The translations under genes were made by a program, and so were the position numbers. From NCBI RefSeq assembly GCF_009914755.1, contig NC_060936.1: DNA of 64,000 nt. One strand, written 5' to 3'. Below are positions 17,967 to 32,718 of the stretch, piece by piece. Source of the stretch: the human T2T-CHM13v2.0 reference genome, Homo sapiens. Below the pieces are notes generated by a model. That model worked only from the letters and a program-made list of their open reading frames with translations, ran no database searches and was not told the origin of the DNA. Every line of letters starts with the position of its first letter. The first letter of the stretch is position 1.

Positions 17967-18602
17967 CAGTTGTCTCTTGGTATCCACGAGGGATTGATTC
18001 CAGAATTCCCCATGGATACCAAAATCCGAGGATACTCAGGTCCCTTATATAAAATATGGTGCAGTATTTGCATATAACCTACATACATCCTTCCATATGA
18101 TTTTTTTAAGACTCTGGGTCTCACTCTGTTCCCCAGGCTGGAGTGCAGTGGTGATCATAGCTCACTGCAGCCTCCAACTCAGGGACTCAAGCAGTCCTCC
18201 CTCCTCAGCCTCTAGGACCACAGGCGTGTGCCACCATGCCCGGCTAATTGTTGTTGTTGTAAAGATGGGGTCTGTTGTGTTGCTCAGCCTGGTCTCCAAC
18301 TCCTGGGCTCTAAGCTATCCTCCCACCTCAGCCTCTCAGAGTACTAGAATTACAGGCATGAGGCACTGTGCCCAGCCCCTCCCATATACTTTAAATCATC
18401 TGTAGATTACTTCTAATACTTAATACAATGCAATAGCATTTGCAGTTACATAGCATTGTAAATAGTTGTCATGCTGTGTATTTTTAACTTGTATTTTCTA
18501 TTATCGTATTTTTTATTTTTATTTTTCTGAATATTTTCAATCGCTATTGGTTGAATCCACGGATATGAAACCTGCGGGACCTGTGTATACCAAGGACTGA
18601 CG
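17967..18602 (+). mobile_element. MER2 (TcMar-Tigger) DNA transposon interrupted by an AluJ (about 18101-18377, minus)
   Basis: cagttgtctcttggtatcc...ggataccaaaatcc...gtatttgcatataacctac...ggttgaatccacggat matches the recalled MER2 consensus. Confidence 0.75.
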
Positions 18603-21600
18603 ATATACATAATAGATGCTCAGAAAATCTAGCTTGTTGTCTGCCCACGTGGCTTCTTCTTTAAAGTCTCTTTTAAAGCTTCCTTCCCACTGTAAGCCAT
18701 TTCGTGCAACCATCAGAATTCTAATAAACTGATCCAAGAAGCCAATTCAAAATAAATGTCAGACTGTGCAGTCTTTGTGAGAAGCCTGTATCTGTTTTTA
18801 CATGCTGGTGAACTCCAGGGAAACCTAGCTCAGTGCCTCAGCCCACTCAAGGGAATATTTGCATCTTACCCTACAAATTGCCTACAACAGGCTCTTTGAA
18901 AGATGGAAAACATATTCCCCTAAGACCTGGGAAGGCTAAACAGTTAATAGCTTCTCAAGGGTTTTATGTATTACTAGGATACCGGCAGCTATCACAGGTC
19001 ATTAAATATCAAAGTTTATGCTCAAGAAGCCAAAAGAAAAACAATCCAGCTTCTCTGTGCCTCAGTTGTCTTCACAAATACCCCAACTAGGAGAATGTTC
19101 CAGAAACCATTTAAGCATCATGCAGGTAAAATGAGAGTCGCACAGATCTGAAGGGTTCAAATGTTCACCGCTGGCAGAACACGGCTCAGTGGCAATAAGG
19201 CTCCCTCCCCTTTCATCCTGGAGCTTTCTCCTAGCATTGGCTCCTTCCCCAAAGCGTCTCTCTTTTCCTTTCTGCTTTTTTTTTTTTTTTTTTCCGGTAA
19301 GGATCAGAGTCATCCATCCCATCCCAAGCAGTTTTTATCAGCTCATCTTCTGAGATATCCTTGATTTTCTCTTTGATTCCCACCAGACCTTGTTGATGTG
19401 TTGGTTCACTGAGGCTCTTTCAGCCGAATCAGGGACACAAATTTAGGTTGAGCGACTGCTGTTTCTTAGCAACTTAGCAACTGCAGTCTCATCAGCAAAA
19501 GGTGAGTAGAGGTGAGCTCCTCACTCAGCCCTCAACAGCGCTCGCCATAACCCTTGGGTTGTTTCCACGGAAAGTACTCTCTCATTGGCCGGGTTAGTCC
19601 CTTTCATATTCTCAGCTTTCTACCCTCTTGTTATGTCCTCTGTGTAGGGGAATTTCAACATATATTTGACCTAGCATTGGTTCTATTGCTGTCTCCACTT
19701 CATACTTCACTGTTTATGGTTCGGGCCAGCTGTCGTGTCCCTCCAGCATGGAGTTAGACCTGGATCGACGCGCTGGCTCAGGGAAAAGGGAGTGGTGGGA
19801 GAAATTGCTGGGGGTTAGGGGCAAGACAGGACATGGGATAGAGGGTTTTGGAGTAAACTTTTATCCTCTAAAGCTATCCATGCGTCTTAGCAACATCTCT
19901 GTTGACCCAGCTATACATGGGTTAGATAGAGTTGTATAGAGCAGTTCCCTCTGGTCCTTTGACCCGTGATTTTAGCAAATGTGTGAGGCTAAGGACAATA
20001 GAGATCTTTGAAACTGATAACAGTGTCAAACAATGTAACTGGCCTGGTTTTCCAGGAGAGATGAACTATTTCAGACATTCTATTGCCATAGCCAGACCAC
20101 ATATCCTGATTTTGAGTTCAGAAAATATGGTTATTAACACATCAAATAACCAGTTGATTTAGTAAGGTTCTCACTTTTCTATTATCATACTTTTCCCTGT
20201 AGACATAGAGCTGTATGGGATGTAAAAACCCTGCTCAGTAGTTTAATCGGCCATCATAACGGCCGATGTCTCATTGCATTGCTGAAAGGTAAGAGTAGAT
20301 CAGTAGAAATTATCTTATGGGATTGTGACTAATAGTATCTGAACTAAAGTAGGTATTTTGACAATTTTCCTGAGGCAGGAGAATCTCTTGAACCTGGGAG
20401 GCGGAGGTTGCACTGAGCCGAGATCGTGCCACTGCGCTCCAGCCTGGGCGACAGAGCGAGACTCCGTCTCAAATAGATATATACATATATGAATTGGAGT
20501 GTTGCTTTCAAAGGCTCTGACTGTTTTATCTCAACTTTCCAAGAAATACTTGCACATTGTCTGCCTGCATGGGAACTCACTTTTCCCTGGGAACTCACTT
20601 TTCCAGGGGATATTCTGAATCGTCAGCTCTTCCATCCTGTAAAGTTTCTTAAGTATTGTAAAACTAACTCCATATGTTTGTATCTTTGATACCTTCAGCT
20701 GCATTTTAGGTGCCTTTGCATTAAAAACGTAATGACTCTCGGAGAAGTCACACCCCCGGTTCAGGAAGAACAGTCAGTTATTCAGAGTTAAGCTGTTTTC
20801 ACAGGGAAGATTCAGAACATCGCCCTCTCCCCACCCCTGAGTCTAATGGCGTTAGAAGGATGTGCGGTCCTTCTACCAGCAGGACTCTCGTCATCACCCT
20901 CCTGATGTAGCCCACCCTCCACCACCACGGGACACCTGGGGATTTGAATCCTGGGGTCACTTAGACCCTCTTTCCCAGGAATTTAAATCCTAAGTCACTT
21001 AGACTGTCCTGGGAATTTGAATCCTAAGCAGAGACACACTGAGGTGTCTGGAGCCGGGTCACTGGGTGGCTGTTGAGATCTAATCACTGCCGTGGTTCCT
21101 GGCCTTTCCGGGGCCCAGTCGTGTGGTTCTGTCTTTGATTCTGTGAGCTACTCTGTGGTCTTTCCCAGAATTACTCTTGGCCTGAATTAGGAAGGAAGAG
21201 AGGGCGGAGAGGCAGGCCATGATGGTAACTGGAAGAAACTACAGTGAAGGACCGTTCTTACCCGCCTCTGTTTTTAGTTCCTGGGCCGTCACTGAGTGAC
21301 ATGGTCCTGCCACACAATCCCGGTATGCGGCTTGCTCACCACGGGGTTCAGAACATCCAAAATGCCACGTTCAGTGGGACGATTCCACTGACACGTTGAT
21401 GTTGCCGCAGCGTCCGATTGCACTAATTCTACGTGCTCGCTCTAAGTTCCTGTACCGGCCTCACTGAGGACAGGCAACCAACAGTTCGCAGACCTCTATC
21501 GGCACTGAGCTGGAGCTTCCATGGGAGCAGGTAACTTAGCCTCTCTCTGAAGCTGGGATGTGTTGGAACTGCTGATTTCCACACAGGCTAGTGGACTAGG

Positions 21601-21829
21601 ACCTCCCTGTCCCTGGGGAGAGCCCTACTCCAGGCCCGCTCAGAAGTTCTTTTTTTTTTTTTTAACTTATTGGCTGGGATTGCCCCAACCTGACTCTACT
21701 CACCTGCCACCCCTCCTCTTTCCACCCAAGGCTTCCCAGACTTTCTGCTTTCTCCATCAAACATGAGCTTTGCCACCAAAGAAGAGAGCAGCCTGGCCTC
21801 CCTTGGCCTGCAGCAACTGCTCCTTGTGT

Positions 21830-22690
21830 GCAGTTTAAAAAAATGTGCCTTCCAAGAGCATGGCAAGCAAGGGCTCTGAGAGATATTTGCACACTCTTGT
21901 TCACAGCAGCATTTTCCACAGTAGCAAGAGGTGGAAACAGCCCAAGTGTCTAAGACAGACGAATGGATAACCAAAATGTGGTCTGTCCATACAATAGGAT
22001 ATTCAGCCTTAAAAAAGGAAGGAAATTCTGACACATGCCACAACATGGGTGAACCTTGAGAACACGTGAAGTGAGAAAAGCCAGACACAAAAGGAAAAAT
22101 ATTGTATGATTCCACTTCTGTGAGGTCAAATTCTGTGAGTAGTCAAATTCATAGAGACAGAAAGTAGAGTGGTGGTTGCCAGGCCCTGGGGGGAAGGGAA
22201 AGTGGCAGTTCGTGTTTAATGGGTACGGAGTTTCAGTTCGGCATGATGGGGAGGTTCCAGAGGTGGATGGTGGTGAACAACAGTTTGAATGTTCTTAATG
22301 CCATTAAGTGTACACTTTAAAATGGTTGACATGGGCCAGGCGTGGTGGCTCACGTCTGTCATCTCAGCAGTTTGAGAGGCCACGAAGGGAGGATCACTTG
22401 AGCCTAGGAGTTCAAGACCAGCCTGGGCAACAGAGAGACCCCTGTCTGTACCAAAAAAGAAAAAAAAAATTAGCCAGGCATGGTGGCACACGCCTGTGGT
22501 CCCAGCTACCTGGGAGCTCAGGTGGGATGATCGCTTGAACCTGGGAGGTCAAGGCTGCAGTGAGCCGAGATTGCACCACTGTACTCTGCACTCCAGCTGG
22601 GTGACAGAGGGAGACTCTGTTAAAAAAAAAAAAAAAAAAAAAAAAGGTTAAAATGGTAACTTTTATGTTATAGGTATTTTACTAAATACA
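21830..22690 (+). mobile_element. L1MB-like 3' end interrupted by AluJ (22334-22645)
   Basis: atttgcacactcttgttcacagcagcatt...gaatggataaccaaaatgtgg...gagacagaaagtagagtggtggttgccagg. Confidence 0.75.
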
Positions 22691-23461
22691 CACTCCCCCT
22701 AAAAATTAAATTTAAAAAAGAGAGAAAGCATTCCCTAAAGAAAGCACTTCCTTCAAGGCACCTTTGGACTGTGCCTTTGACATCTGTGCCATTGTGAGTG
22801 TCCACAGGGTGCTGGGGCAGTCTTCAGCTGGTTGTTAATTTATCAATGTCAGGGCCAGTGTCTGTCACTTCACTCAGTCCCTAGCCCAGAATCGTGACCA
22901 GCAGATGCCTAATCGGTTCTAGCATGATAAATATGCCAGGCCTCTCACTAAACCCTCCTTGTCCTTCCTTCATTCATTCATTCACTCCACATGCATCAAA
23001 TGCCTGATTTCTATAGTGAGAATATAAAATCAGGCCCAGGCAATTTAATCCTTTTCTGAAGCGTGGATGTGTTGAAACTACTAACTTTAACTCATTTATA
23101 CAGCGAGAATCTAATAACAAACAAGACCTGGTTTCTGCCTGCATTGTGCTCATTTTCAGTCCTTTCCTAGATTAGGCTCAGCCGGCGTCCTCCCCGGAAT
23201 ACTCTACCTGCAGCTCACTTAACTCCAGCAGCTATGGCTAAGTACTGAGCTGTGGTGCACGAAGTCTTGGGCCAAGAATCAAAGGCCTAGGCTCTAGTCC
23301 GGTCCCTAGCACAGGCTTCCCTTTGACATTAAACAAATTAATTAACTTTTCTGCAGGTCTCTATGTCTCCATCGGCAAAATGGAAATGATTTTTGGCATT
23401 GGGATAAAAATAAGAATAAACTAAGAATGTGAATCAACTCCGATAGAAAACATCAGATATA

Positions 23462-23798
<337 letters not shown>

Positions 23799-24729
23799 CT
23801 AAACCATACAACCCATTCCTCCACCCCGATATGGTCTAACCTGAAGTTCCATTAAAATGATGTTTCATGGGGAGCAGGAAAGCAGATCCCCATATTCCTT
23901 TCTTGAAGAACAAAGTTACTGTCATACATGCCTTCTCCGTCCTATTTATCACTACCAAGGACAGGTTACAACAACCTCAGTTTGACTTTGGCAAGTTATA
24001 ATCATCAGACCTCGCAGATCTAGCAGCTGGCAGCCCTCCAGATCAGATAATGTACCTTATTTGTTTTCAAGCCTGATGCAGAAAAGAGAAAGGGCTTAAT
24101 AAGATCCTTAAAAGAGTGTGTTTTTCCAAAAGGAGCCGTCAGGTGGGGAGAGGGCAGGGTGGCCGTGGCTCCTGGCTGCTGGTCCCAAACCCAGTCCCTG
24201 TGTGGGCCTGGAAAACTTTTTTGGCCTCAGGGCCATACCTCTTTCTGCTTTCCTTGGATTCCATTGCTTTTGCATTCAACAAACAAAAGGGTCTGTGTGA
24301 GATACTTGTTAAGACATGTTAAAAAAAAAAAAAAAGAAAAAAGAAAAGAAAACAAACGAGTTAAATCTCAGCTCCATTATCTAGATGTTGTAGTTCTTGG
24401 GCAGATATGCACTCTCCTTACCAGTCAGGACCTCAGTTTTCTCATCTGTAAAATGGGAATAATAATACCTACCGTAAGGATTGTTAGGAAGATTAAATGA
24501 GACCATTTATGTCAAGTGCTTAGCGTGATGACTGGCCTGCGCAAACGCACATTCGTTAGCTGTTGTGTTTGTCCTCTGTTAAATGCATGTGGTGGGTTAA
24601 ACTTGTTGTGTTAAACCTGCCACTATCTTCTGTTGAACTTGTTGGTGGGTTAAGTGGGTTAATGTACAGAGGAGGGCTTTGTAAACAGTGTTGTTTCCCA
24701 CCCAGGTCCCTTTTGACATCTTACTGTAG

Positions 24730-25381
<652 letters not shown>

Positions 25382-26594
25382 TAGGAGGAAGAGCACAGGC
25401 TTTTGACCAGCTACGGGGCTCCTGTCCCACTGTGGCCCTAAACCGTTCAGAGCATCCATGGGCAATGGTAAACATTGAGGTGAGTTCTGGAGATGTTTCT
25501 GCTGAAACTACTCCATTGCCATCTTACAGAGTCAGGGTTTTCCTGTAGCTCTGTTGCTTTTCCTGGACTCTTTAGGACACTGAAGACCAGTTTTCCAATC
25601 CCGGAAAACGTGTGCAGAACATTCTGCCTGAGGTTCCTGCGGCCTGAGAAATGGAAACTTATTGAGCAATGTCATGTCATCAGCATCCAGTTAGCCCTGA
25701 TGTCTAATGAGTGTCTGCTTGTTTGCATAATGCAGAACTGGCCTGTGTGTGCCCTGCATGTGGGCATGGGTATATGTGCCAGAGCGCATCCTCAAGTCCA
25801 TGGATGTCCGTCCTAACTGCACCTAGGGAAGGGTGGAGCTGAATGTCTCCATTGGTGCTTTTCTATGTATCACAGCGGGTAGCAGAGGACTAAGTACAGC
25901 ACACAACAGGTGCTCAGTAAATGCCTGCTGATGGTTGGTTCACTGACTCATTTGCTCATTCTTTCTCAGCCTGCTGATCGCTTACTCCTGACCACCACTA
26001 AACTTCCTCTTTGAAAGACTCCAGGGAGGAAAAGGATTGCCCCACATCTTCCGTCTGCATGCAGAAACTTATCCTGTCCCAGGCCAGAAAGAAGATAGGA
26101 AAAGACAAGCCTAGCGGGTTCAGAAAAGTCAGTACTGACCTGAGGGATCCTGGAAGCACCTCTGTGGCCCTTCGCTAGGTCCATGGGCTCCGGCCAGTCT
26201 TAGAGGTCCCGGAGCCTATTACGTCTAGATTTTCCTAAATCACCCCATTGTATCAAGGGTCTTAAGTCAAAATTCCCCTTCACAGGACTGTGTTTGTCGC
26301 TGTAATTGTCACAACACTTACTACTAAATGGGCCCTTAAATGTTATAGGTGTTTGTTTGTTTGTTTGTTTGTAATGATGATGATGATAATGATGATATCT
26401 TAGAGGTGACCCCATGGCCTGGCTAAACCTTCTGTGGCCTCTTCTGATCAAATTCGTGGCTTGGAAAATGGATATTTACTGAGCTGGGCTGGGTCCAGAC
26501 AGACTCCATATTCCCAGAGCAGCGACAGCAGAATAGAAAGGGCGTCTGCCCCCTCTTCTTACCTCCTCTCCTTATCTGCCCCCTTGGTTTTAGA

Positions 26595-26908
26595 CTTTGT
26601 GTTTTTGTTTTTTGTTTGTTTGTTTTTGTGATAGAGTCTCCCTCTGTCACCCAGGCTGGAGTGCAGTTGTACACTTGTGGCTCATTGCAGCCTCTACCTC
26701 CTAGGTTCAATCCTCCCGAGTAGCTGGGAACACAGGTGCGCACCACCACGCCCAGCTAGTTTTTTGTTTTGTTTTGTTTTGTTTTTTTTAAAGAAACGAG
26801 GTTTCACCATGTTGTCCAGGCTGGTCTCGAACTCTTGAACTCGAGCAATCCTTCACCCTCCACCTGCTAAAGTGCTGGGATTACAGGCGTGAGCCACCAC
26901 ACCCGGCT
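26595..26908 (-). mobile_element. AluJ
   Basis: Antisense dimer with internal deletion. Confidence 0.8.
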
Positions 26909-29357
26909 GGTTTTATGCTTTAATGTGGATGTTTGGGCCAAGCAGGGATGTTTGGGTGAGGAGGAAGCACTGTCAGCAGGGCAGAAGTTCCCAGGCAAAC
27001 ACCTGGCATGGGCTCAGATGCCCTCTCTTGGGCCCCCTTAGGGGGCACCCAGTGGGGCAGTAGGTACAGTCCCTTGTGCCTGTAGCTCGCAAACCTCAGC
27101 CTGCCTGCAGCCACAGCCGTTTCAGTAGCTCAGGTGCTAGCTTGGCAGGAAGCTGGGGGAAAGGACAGCTGGTTGTTCTTCAGGTGCCTGCCCTGGCCGT
27201 GAGCATCAGCAGGCTCAGGGTAGCGTCGGGGAAGAGACTTATCATGGCCCCACCCATATCCATCTGCTCATCTAGAGGAACGGGTAGGCCTTAGGATTCC
27301 ACCTTTCTGCGGCTCCTCACTTGCCCCCCCACCATGCACACCTGTGCTGGGAGGGAGCATGAGATGGGGCCAGGGGCAGTGTCTGCTTGCAGACACACAG
27401 CTGGGTGGCTTACGTTGAGAAGGAAGAGCTTGGGAGCCAGGAAGAGGGGAGCAGGCTCACACTCAAATGCTCTCATGTCCAATTCTCCAGCTGTTTGGGA
27501 CCGTGGGACAATAGAGTTGGGTCTCCACACTCTTCCTTGCATTTTGGGGGCTTACATGGAGAGATGTTAGTCAAATGAGAGATATAAGGAAATGGTCTGG
27601 GGGTGTGTGTGTGTGTGTGAAGTGTGGGTGGGTGGGTGAGTAGGAGGTCATTGGAGAGGGGATAGGGGAACAGGGGTAGCTGGTGACTCAGTGGGTACCT
27701 GACACCGGGTGATAAGATGGCAATAGTGGAGGCAGACACAAATTCTCAAGCACGTTCAATGTAGAGTAGTGGAATTTGGTACACAGGTTTTTGTCCTGGG
27801 TTCAAATACTGGCTCGGTCACCTACTGCCTATGTGACTTTTGGCAAGAATTTTAACCTCTAAGCCTTCTTTTCCGGCTTATTCTATTAATTTTTAATTTT
27901 TAAATGTTTTTTAGAGACGGGGTCTCATCATATGGCCCAGGCTGGAGTTCAGTGGCAATTCACAGGTGCAGTCATGACACACTACAGCCCGAACCCCTGG
28001 GCTCAAGCCATCCTCCCACCTCAGCCTCCTGAGTAGCTGAGATTACAGGTGTGAGCCACTGCACCCAGCTGGTTTATTATATTAAATAAAACACCCGATG
28101 TTTCATTTAATATACATATAACAGGCATATGTATGTGTATATAAATGCCTAACACGTAAGTGTTAACCGTTACTGTTGTATTACTAATAATTTTTCTCGC
28201 ATCAAGTTCCCTGGCGCATCGTGTACTAGAAAGGATAGGTTTAGCCACACAGCCTGGCTCTGCCATTGGAGCATTGGGTTTGCCTTAGGGACTCCCTCCC
28301 AGGTGGCAGGCCCCTGGCTTCACCCCTGACTCTCTGTGCCACTTCAGGTTTCTGGCGGGGTTCAGGCCCTGCTGGCTTCTAGCCTTAGCAGCTTTGTCCT
28401 GCTGAGGATGTGTGACTGGTCCCACATGCTCTCCAAGGACAGAGCCACAGCCCCTGCTTTTCCATCCCAGGACTCAGTGCTGGTTCCTGGCATTTGTGGA
28501 ACTGCGCCCTGGATGTCATGGCCTCGTGTTCATTCCCTTGACAACCTCCTGCTCTCTAGTGGGAGAAGGGCTCTGTTTCCGTTCAGCTCCTCTGGATTTC
28601 ATCACCTTTTCTCATTCCAGTTTGAGTGTCTGGTGACAGTTCTGTCTACAGACCCCGGGGCTTCTTAGCCAATCATGTACGTTCACCCTGGATCCTCAGG
28701 TCCTTTGCATGTGGTGGTGTACATGGAACCAGCCCTCCCAGGCCTCTCCTTCTCCCTCGCTTTCCTAGGGCCCTGGTAGGGCCCGTCCTTCCCCTCTTGC
28801 ATACCCTTGCCCAGGGACAAGCCCTTTCTAATGGAGCCCTGCCCCAAAAGAGCTTCAGAAAGACCTTTCCGCATCTCCCCCTGTAGGTGTCACCCCCACA
28901 CCCACTGCTTCCACTTCTTTCTCGGGCTTACTCTCAGCCCCACCTCTCCTGTTGGCATTCATGAGTTGCCTCCAGGCTCCCTACTGATGGAGGGAGCTTG
29001 CTTTTGGTTGGGGTCGGGGTTAACCCTTTAGCTCCCTGTCTACCCCCTTGTGATGGACTTGCGCCATCCGCTGGGTTGAGCAGTCTCCACCCAGTTACAT
29101 CTGTAGGCGGGCAACGTTCGTTTCCACACGAGCAAGCAGTAAGATGTGGAGTGATGGGTGAGGTGAATCTAACTCATTTGGGGCCGACGATACTACTCCC
29201 AGCGTAGATCAGCAGATGATTGGAACAGATTCTGGAGATATATATCGGGCTCCCTTGCCATTTACCATGAAGTGATGTGTGTGCACGTGGCACATTATCT
29301 GCAATTTTACTCAGTGAAATAAAACTCTTAGCATAGTGCCTTGTATATGATAAGCAC

Positions 29358-30077
29358 TCGGTAAAGGTGAGCTGCTATGAATATTGCCATTATTACAACT
29401 ACTTAGGAGCAAAAGCAATACATCCTGCCGTGTACCTTCGGTAAAGGTGAGCTGCTATGAATATTGCCATTATTACAACTACTTAGGAGCAAAAGCAATA
29501 CATCCTGCCGTGTACCTTCGGTAAAGGTGAGCTGCTATGAATATTGCCATTATTACAACTACTTAGGAGCAAAAGCAATACATCCTGCCGTGTACCTTCG
29601 GTAAAGGTGAGCTGCTATGAATATTGCCATTATTACAACTACTTAGGAGCAAAAGCAATACATCCTGCCGTGTACCTTCGGTAAAGGTGAGCTGCTATGA
29701 ATATTGCCATTATTACAACTACTTAGGAGCAAAAGCAATACATCCTGCCGTGTACCTTCGGTAAAGGTGAGCTGCTATGAATATTGCCATTATTACAACT
29801 ACTTAGGAGCAAAAGCAATACATCCTGCCGTGTACCTTCGGTAAAGGTGAGCTGCTATGAATATTGCCATTATTACAACTACTTAGGAGCAAAAGCAATA
29901 CATCCTGCCGTGTACCTTCGGTAAAGGTGAGCTGCTATGAATATTGCCATTATTACAACTACTTAGGAGCAAAAGCAATACATCCTGCCGTGTACCTTCG
30001 GTAAAGGTGAGCTGCTATGAATATTGCCATTATTACAACTACTTAGGAGCAAAAGCAATACATCCTGCCGTGTACCT
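29358..30077. repeat. 80-bp VNTR, 9 identical copies
   Basis: 720 bp = 9 x 80; no mismatch seen between copies. Confidence 0.97.
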
Positions 30078-31273
30078 TGTAAAATGCCCTGTTGGGCATT
30101 GGCAGAAGTTTGAGCGTTGCTATGTCTTAGGCTGATTTAGGGAAGATTTTCCTGTCGTGAGCCATGGCCCTGGCGTGTGATGGGTCAGCTAGTTAGTCCT
30201 GGGCCTTTATTAACAGGGTTTAGGATTTATACTTACGTGAGAACTTAGTCTGAATTTTTTGTCTGCTAAGTTGAAAGTGCTTTGAAGGGTTTTAGCCCTG
30301 GAGTGGAGTTGGGAGGCTCAGGCCTGCAGTCCCAGCACAGAATCTGTAACACCAATGCCAGCCTGGGCAGCGAGAGACTTCCTTTCTCTTGGGTATGAAT
30401 CACACCAGGCGTCAGGAGAAATAATTGTGAGTTCCAGATCTGCAGCATCATGACTAATGCAAATAACAAGCTGCCATGTGTTAAGGGCTTATTATGTTCT
30501 GGGTAATAAATCCTTGACACGGATTATCCCGTTCACTGTGTGGCCTTGAGCGGATGACTTTGCCTTTCTGTTTCTGTTTCTTCATCTCTAAAATGGAGAA
30601 GACAACACTTAACAGGGAGGTTGAGAAGAGCTAATGAAATAACATATGCGAGAGTCTTAGAAAAAAGCACAAGGGGATATATGCATGCCTTATTTTTACC
30701 AATGAGGAAGATGGTAATCTTCAGGCCTTTGAAGAGTCTGCATTGCACAGAGGAGGGATGTTGGCAAAGCTCCGGCTGATGGTGAATTTGATAGCCCAGC
30801 TTTGTGAGGGCAGAATATGAGGCCCACGGTGGTGCTTTATCTGTCACCTGAGATTGGGGTGTCTGTCTCCTGGCACAAATGTGACACCTGTTGTAGCAGA
30901 AACAGGCCCTGGCAGCTGGTGCTCTGGGAGAAGAGGTCTGGCTAGGAGCAGGAGAAGTTCGCTTACCAGAGGGTAAGCGACAAATGTCAGTAGTTAAATC
31001 AGCACATTTTTCAGCTCCACATTCCCCCAGGGGGGCTAAGCAATGCCTGGTTATTCACTGGCAGGATTAACACAGAGGCAAGGATACAGGAAGAGGAAAT
31101 ATCCCAATGCACAGCACAGCGCCTGACACCTGAGACGTACTTGGTGAATATTTATGGGGGATGCGGGAGGGTGGGGGGCAAAGAGCAACACTGTGAAACA
31201 AAGAGGGGGTGTTACCTATTGCCATACTGCCACTGCTGGCCCACTGCTGGCCCACTGCTTACTACTCTGGTCA

Positions 31274-31585
<312 letters not shown>

Positions 31586-32292
31586 GCATAGAGGGAAAAG
31601 AGTCAGAGAGATACTGAGTATTTTTTAAAGGAGTTGAAACTCATATCTTCCGACTCCCAAATCCAAAACCTCAAACTTGGAAATTTTTAGGAAGAAAACA
31701 TTTATTGGGTACTAAGACCCCACGCTAGGTCTGGCCCACATAATTTAATCTTCACAGCAGTCCCTGTGGGGCAGGTGTTTTTATTTCCACCATTCAGATG
31801 AAGAAACCAGGGCCAAAGAAGTTAAATTGTTCAAGCAGTCACAGTTTATAATTGGTAGATATACAATTAGATCTTTATTTTTTATTATTTTTCTTTAAAA
31901 AAAAAAAGGGAGGGTCTTGTTATGTTGCCCATATGTTGCTAGTCTCAAACTCCTGGGCTCAAGTGATCCTGCTGCCTTGGCCTCCCAAAGTCCTGGCATT
32001 CCAGGCATGAGCCACCACGCCAGGCCACAATTAGATCTTTCTGACTCAGAAGGCTTGCTTGTCTTCCTACTCTATCATGAGGACTGCAAAGGAATTTTCC
32101 TACTCCTTAAATCCATGAGGGTTGGGCTGTTGACTAGCCCAAGTTTTAGGTATCTCACAGCCACCTAGACTCACCTGTTACCCAGGGGCAAGACCTGACT
32201 GGGTTTAACTTCACTGAATTTCCTACCTGTAATCCACTCACCTCCCTAAATGGATTTGTCTTTTGTCACTGAGAGAGCTGCCTCTTACCTTC

Positions 32293-32718
32293 TGTTAAAG
32301 AGAAATAGAACTGCACACTAGTTACAGGTCGTGAAGATGGATTTTATCAAGTACTGCTGCAACATGGGAGAGAGGCTTCAGGACAGGACTGAGCTCAACT
32401 CTGAATACAGCAGCAATGACTGCTGATTTATAGCCAGCCAGCAGAGTTAAGGGGTCAGTGGTTGGAAAACGACTGAGACATCAAGAATGGAGGGATTCTT
32501 GCTGAACTGGCCTAATGGGACTCTTGCTAAAGGCAAGGGTGGGAGATGAGAAGCTTGGTCAGATGTTAGGGGGCGGGGGGTTCTACTAAACTGACCTAGA
32601 AGAATTCTTGCTGAAAACTGGACTAGGTAGGCCCAGGACAGGGCCCAAGGATGAGGTCTTGTAAAAAAGAGTGCTCAGAGGAGCATCTAAGGTTTGGTCA
32701 AGGAGAGAGTCCTTGTCA
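32293..32718 (-). mobile_element. MER31-like ERV1 solo LTR
   Basis: TG...CA termini, 4-bp TSD CTTC on both sides; minus strand begins TGACAAGGACTCTCTCCTTGACCAAAC as in the recalled MER31 consensus. Confidence 0.75.

Noticed and set aside
21371-21391. Hairpin TCAGTGG-7nt-CCACTGA in a mildly CpG-rich patch
   Set aside because: A 7-bp stem is too short to support an ncRNA call
29358-30077. Possible CRISPR-like array (also 7357-7576)
   Set aside because: Head-to-tail tandem units with no unique spacers; human DNA with no cas genes
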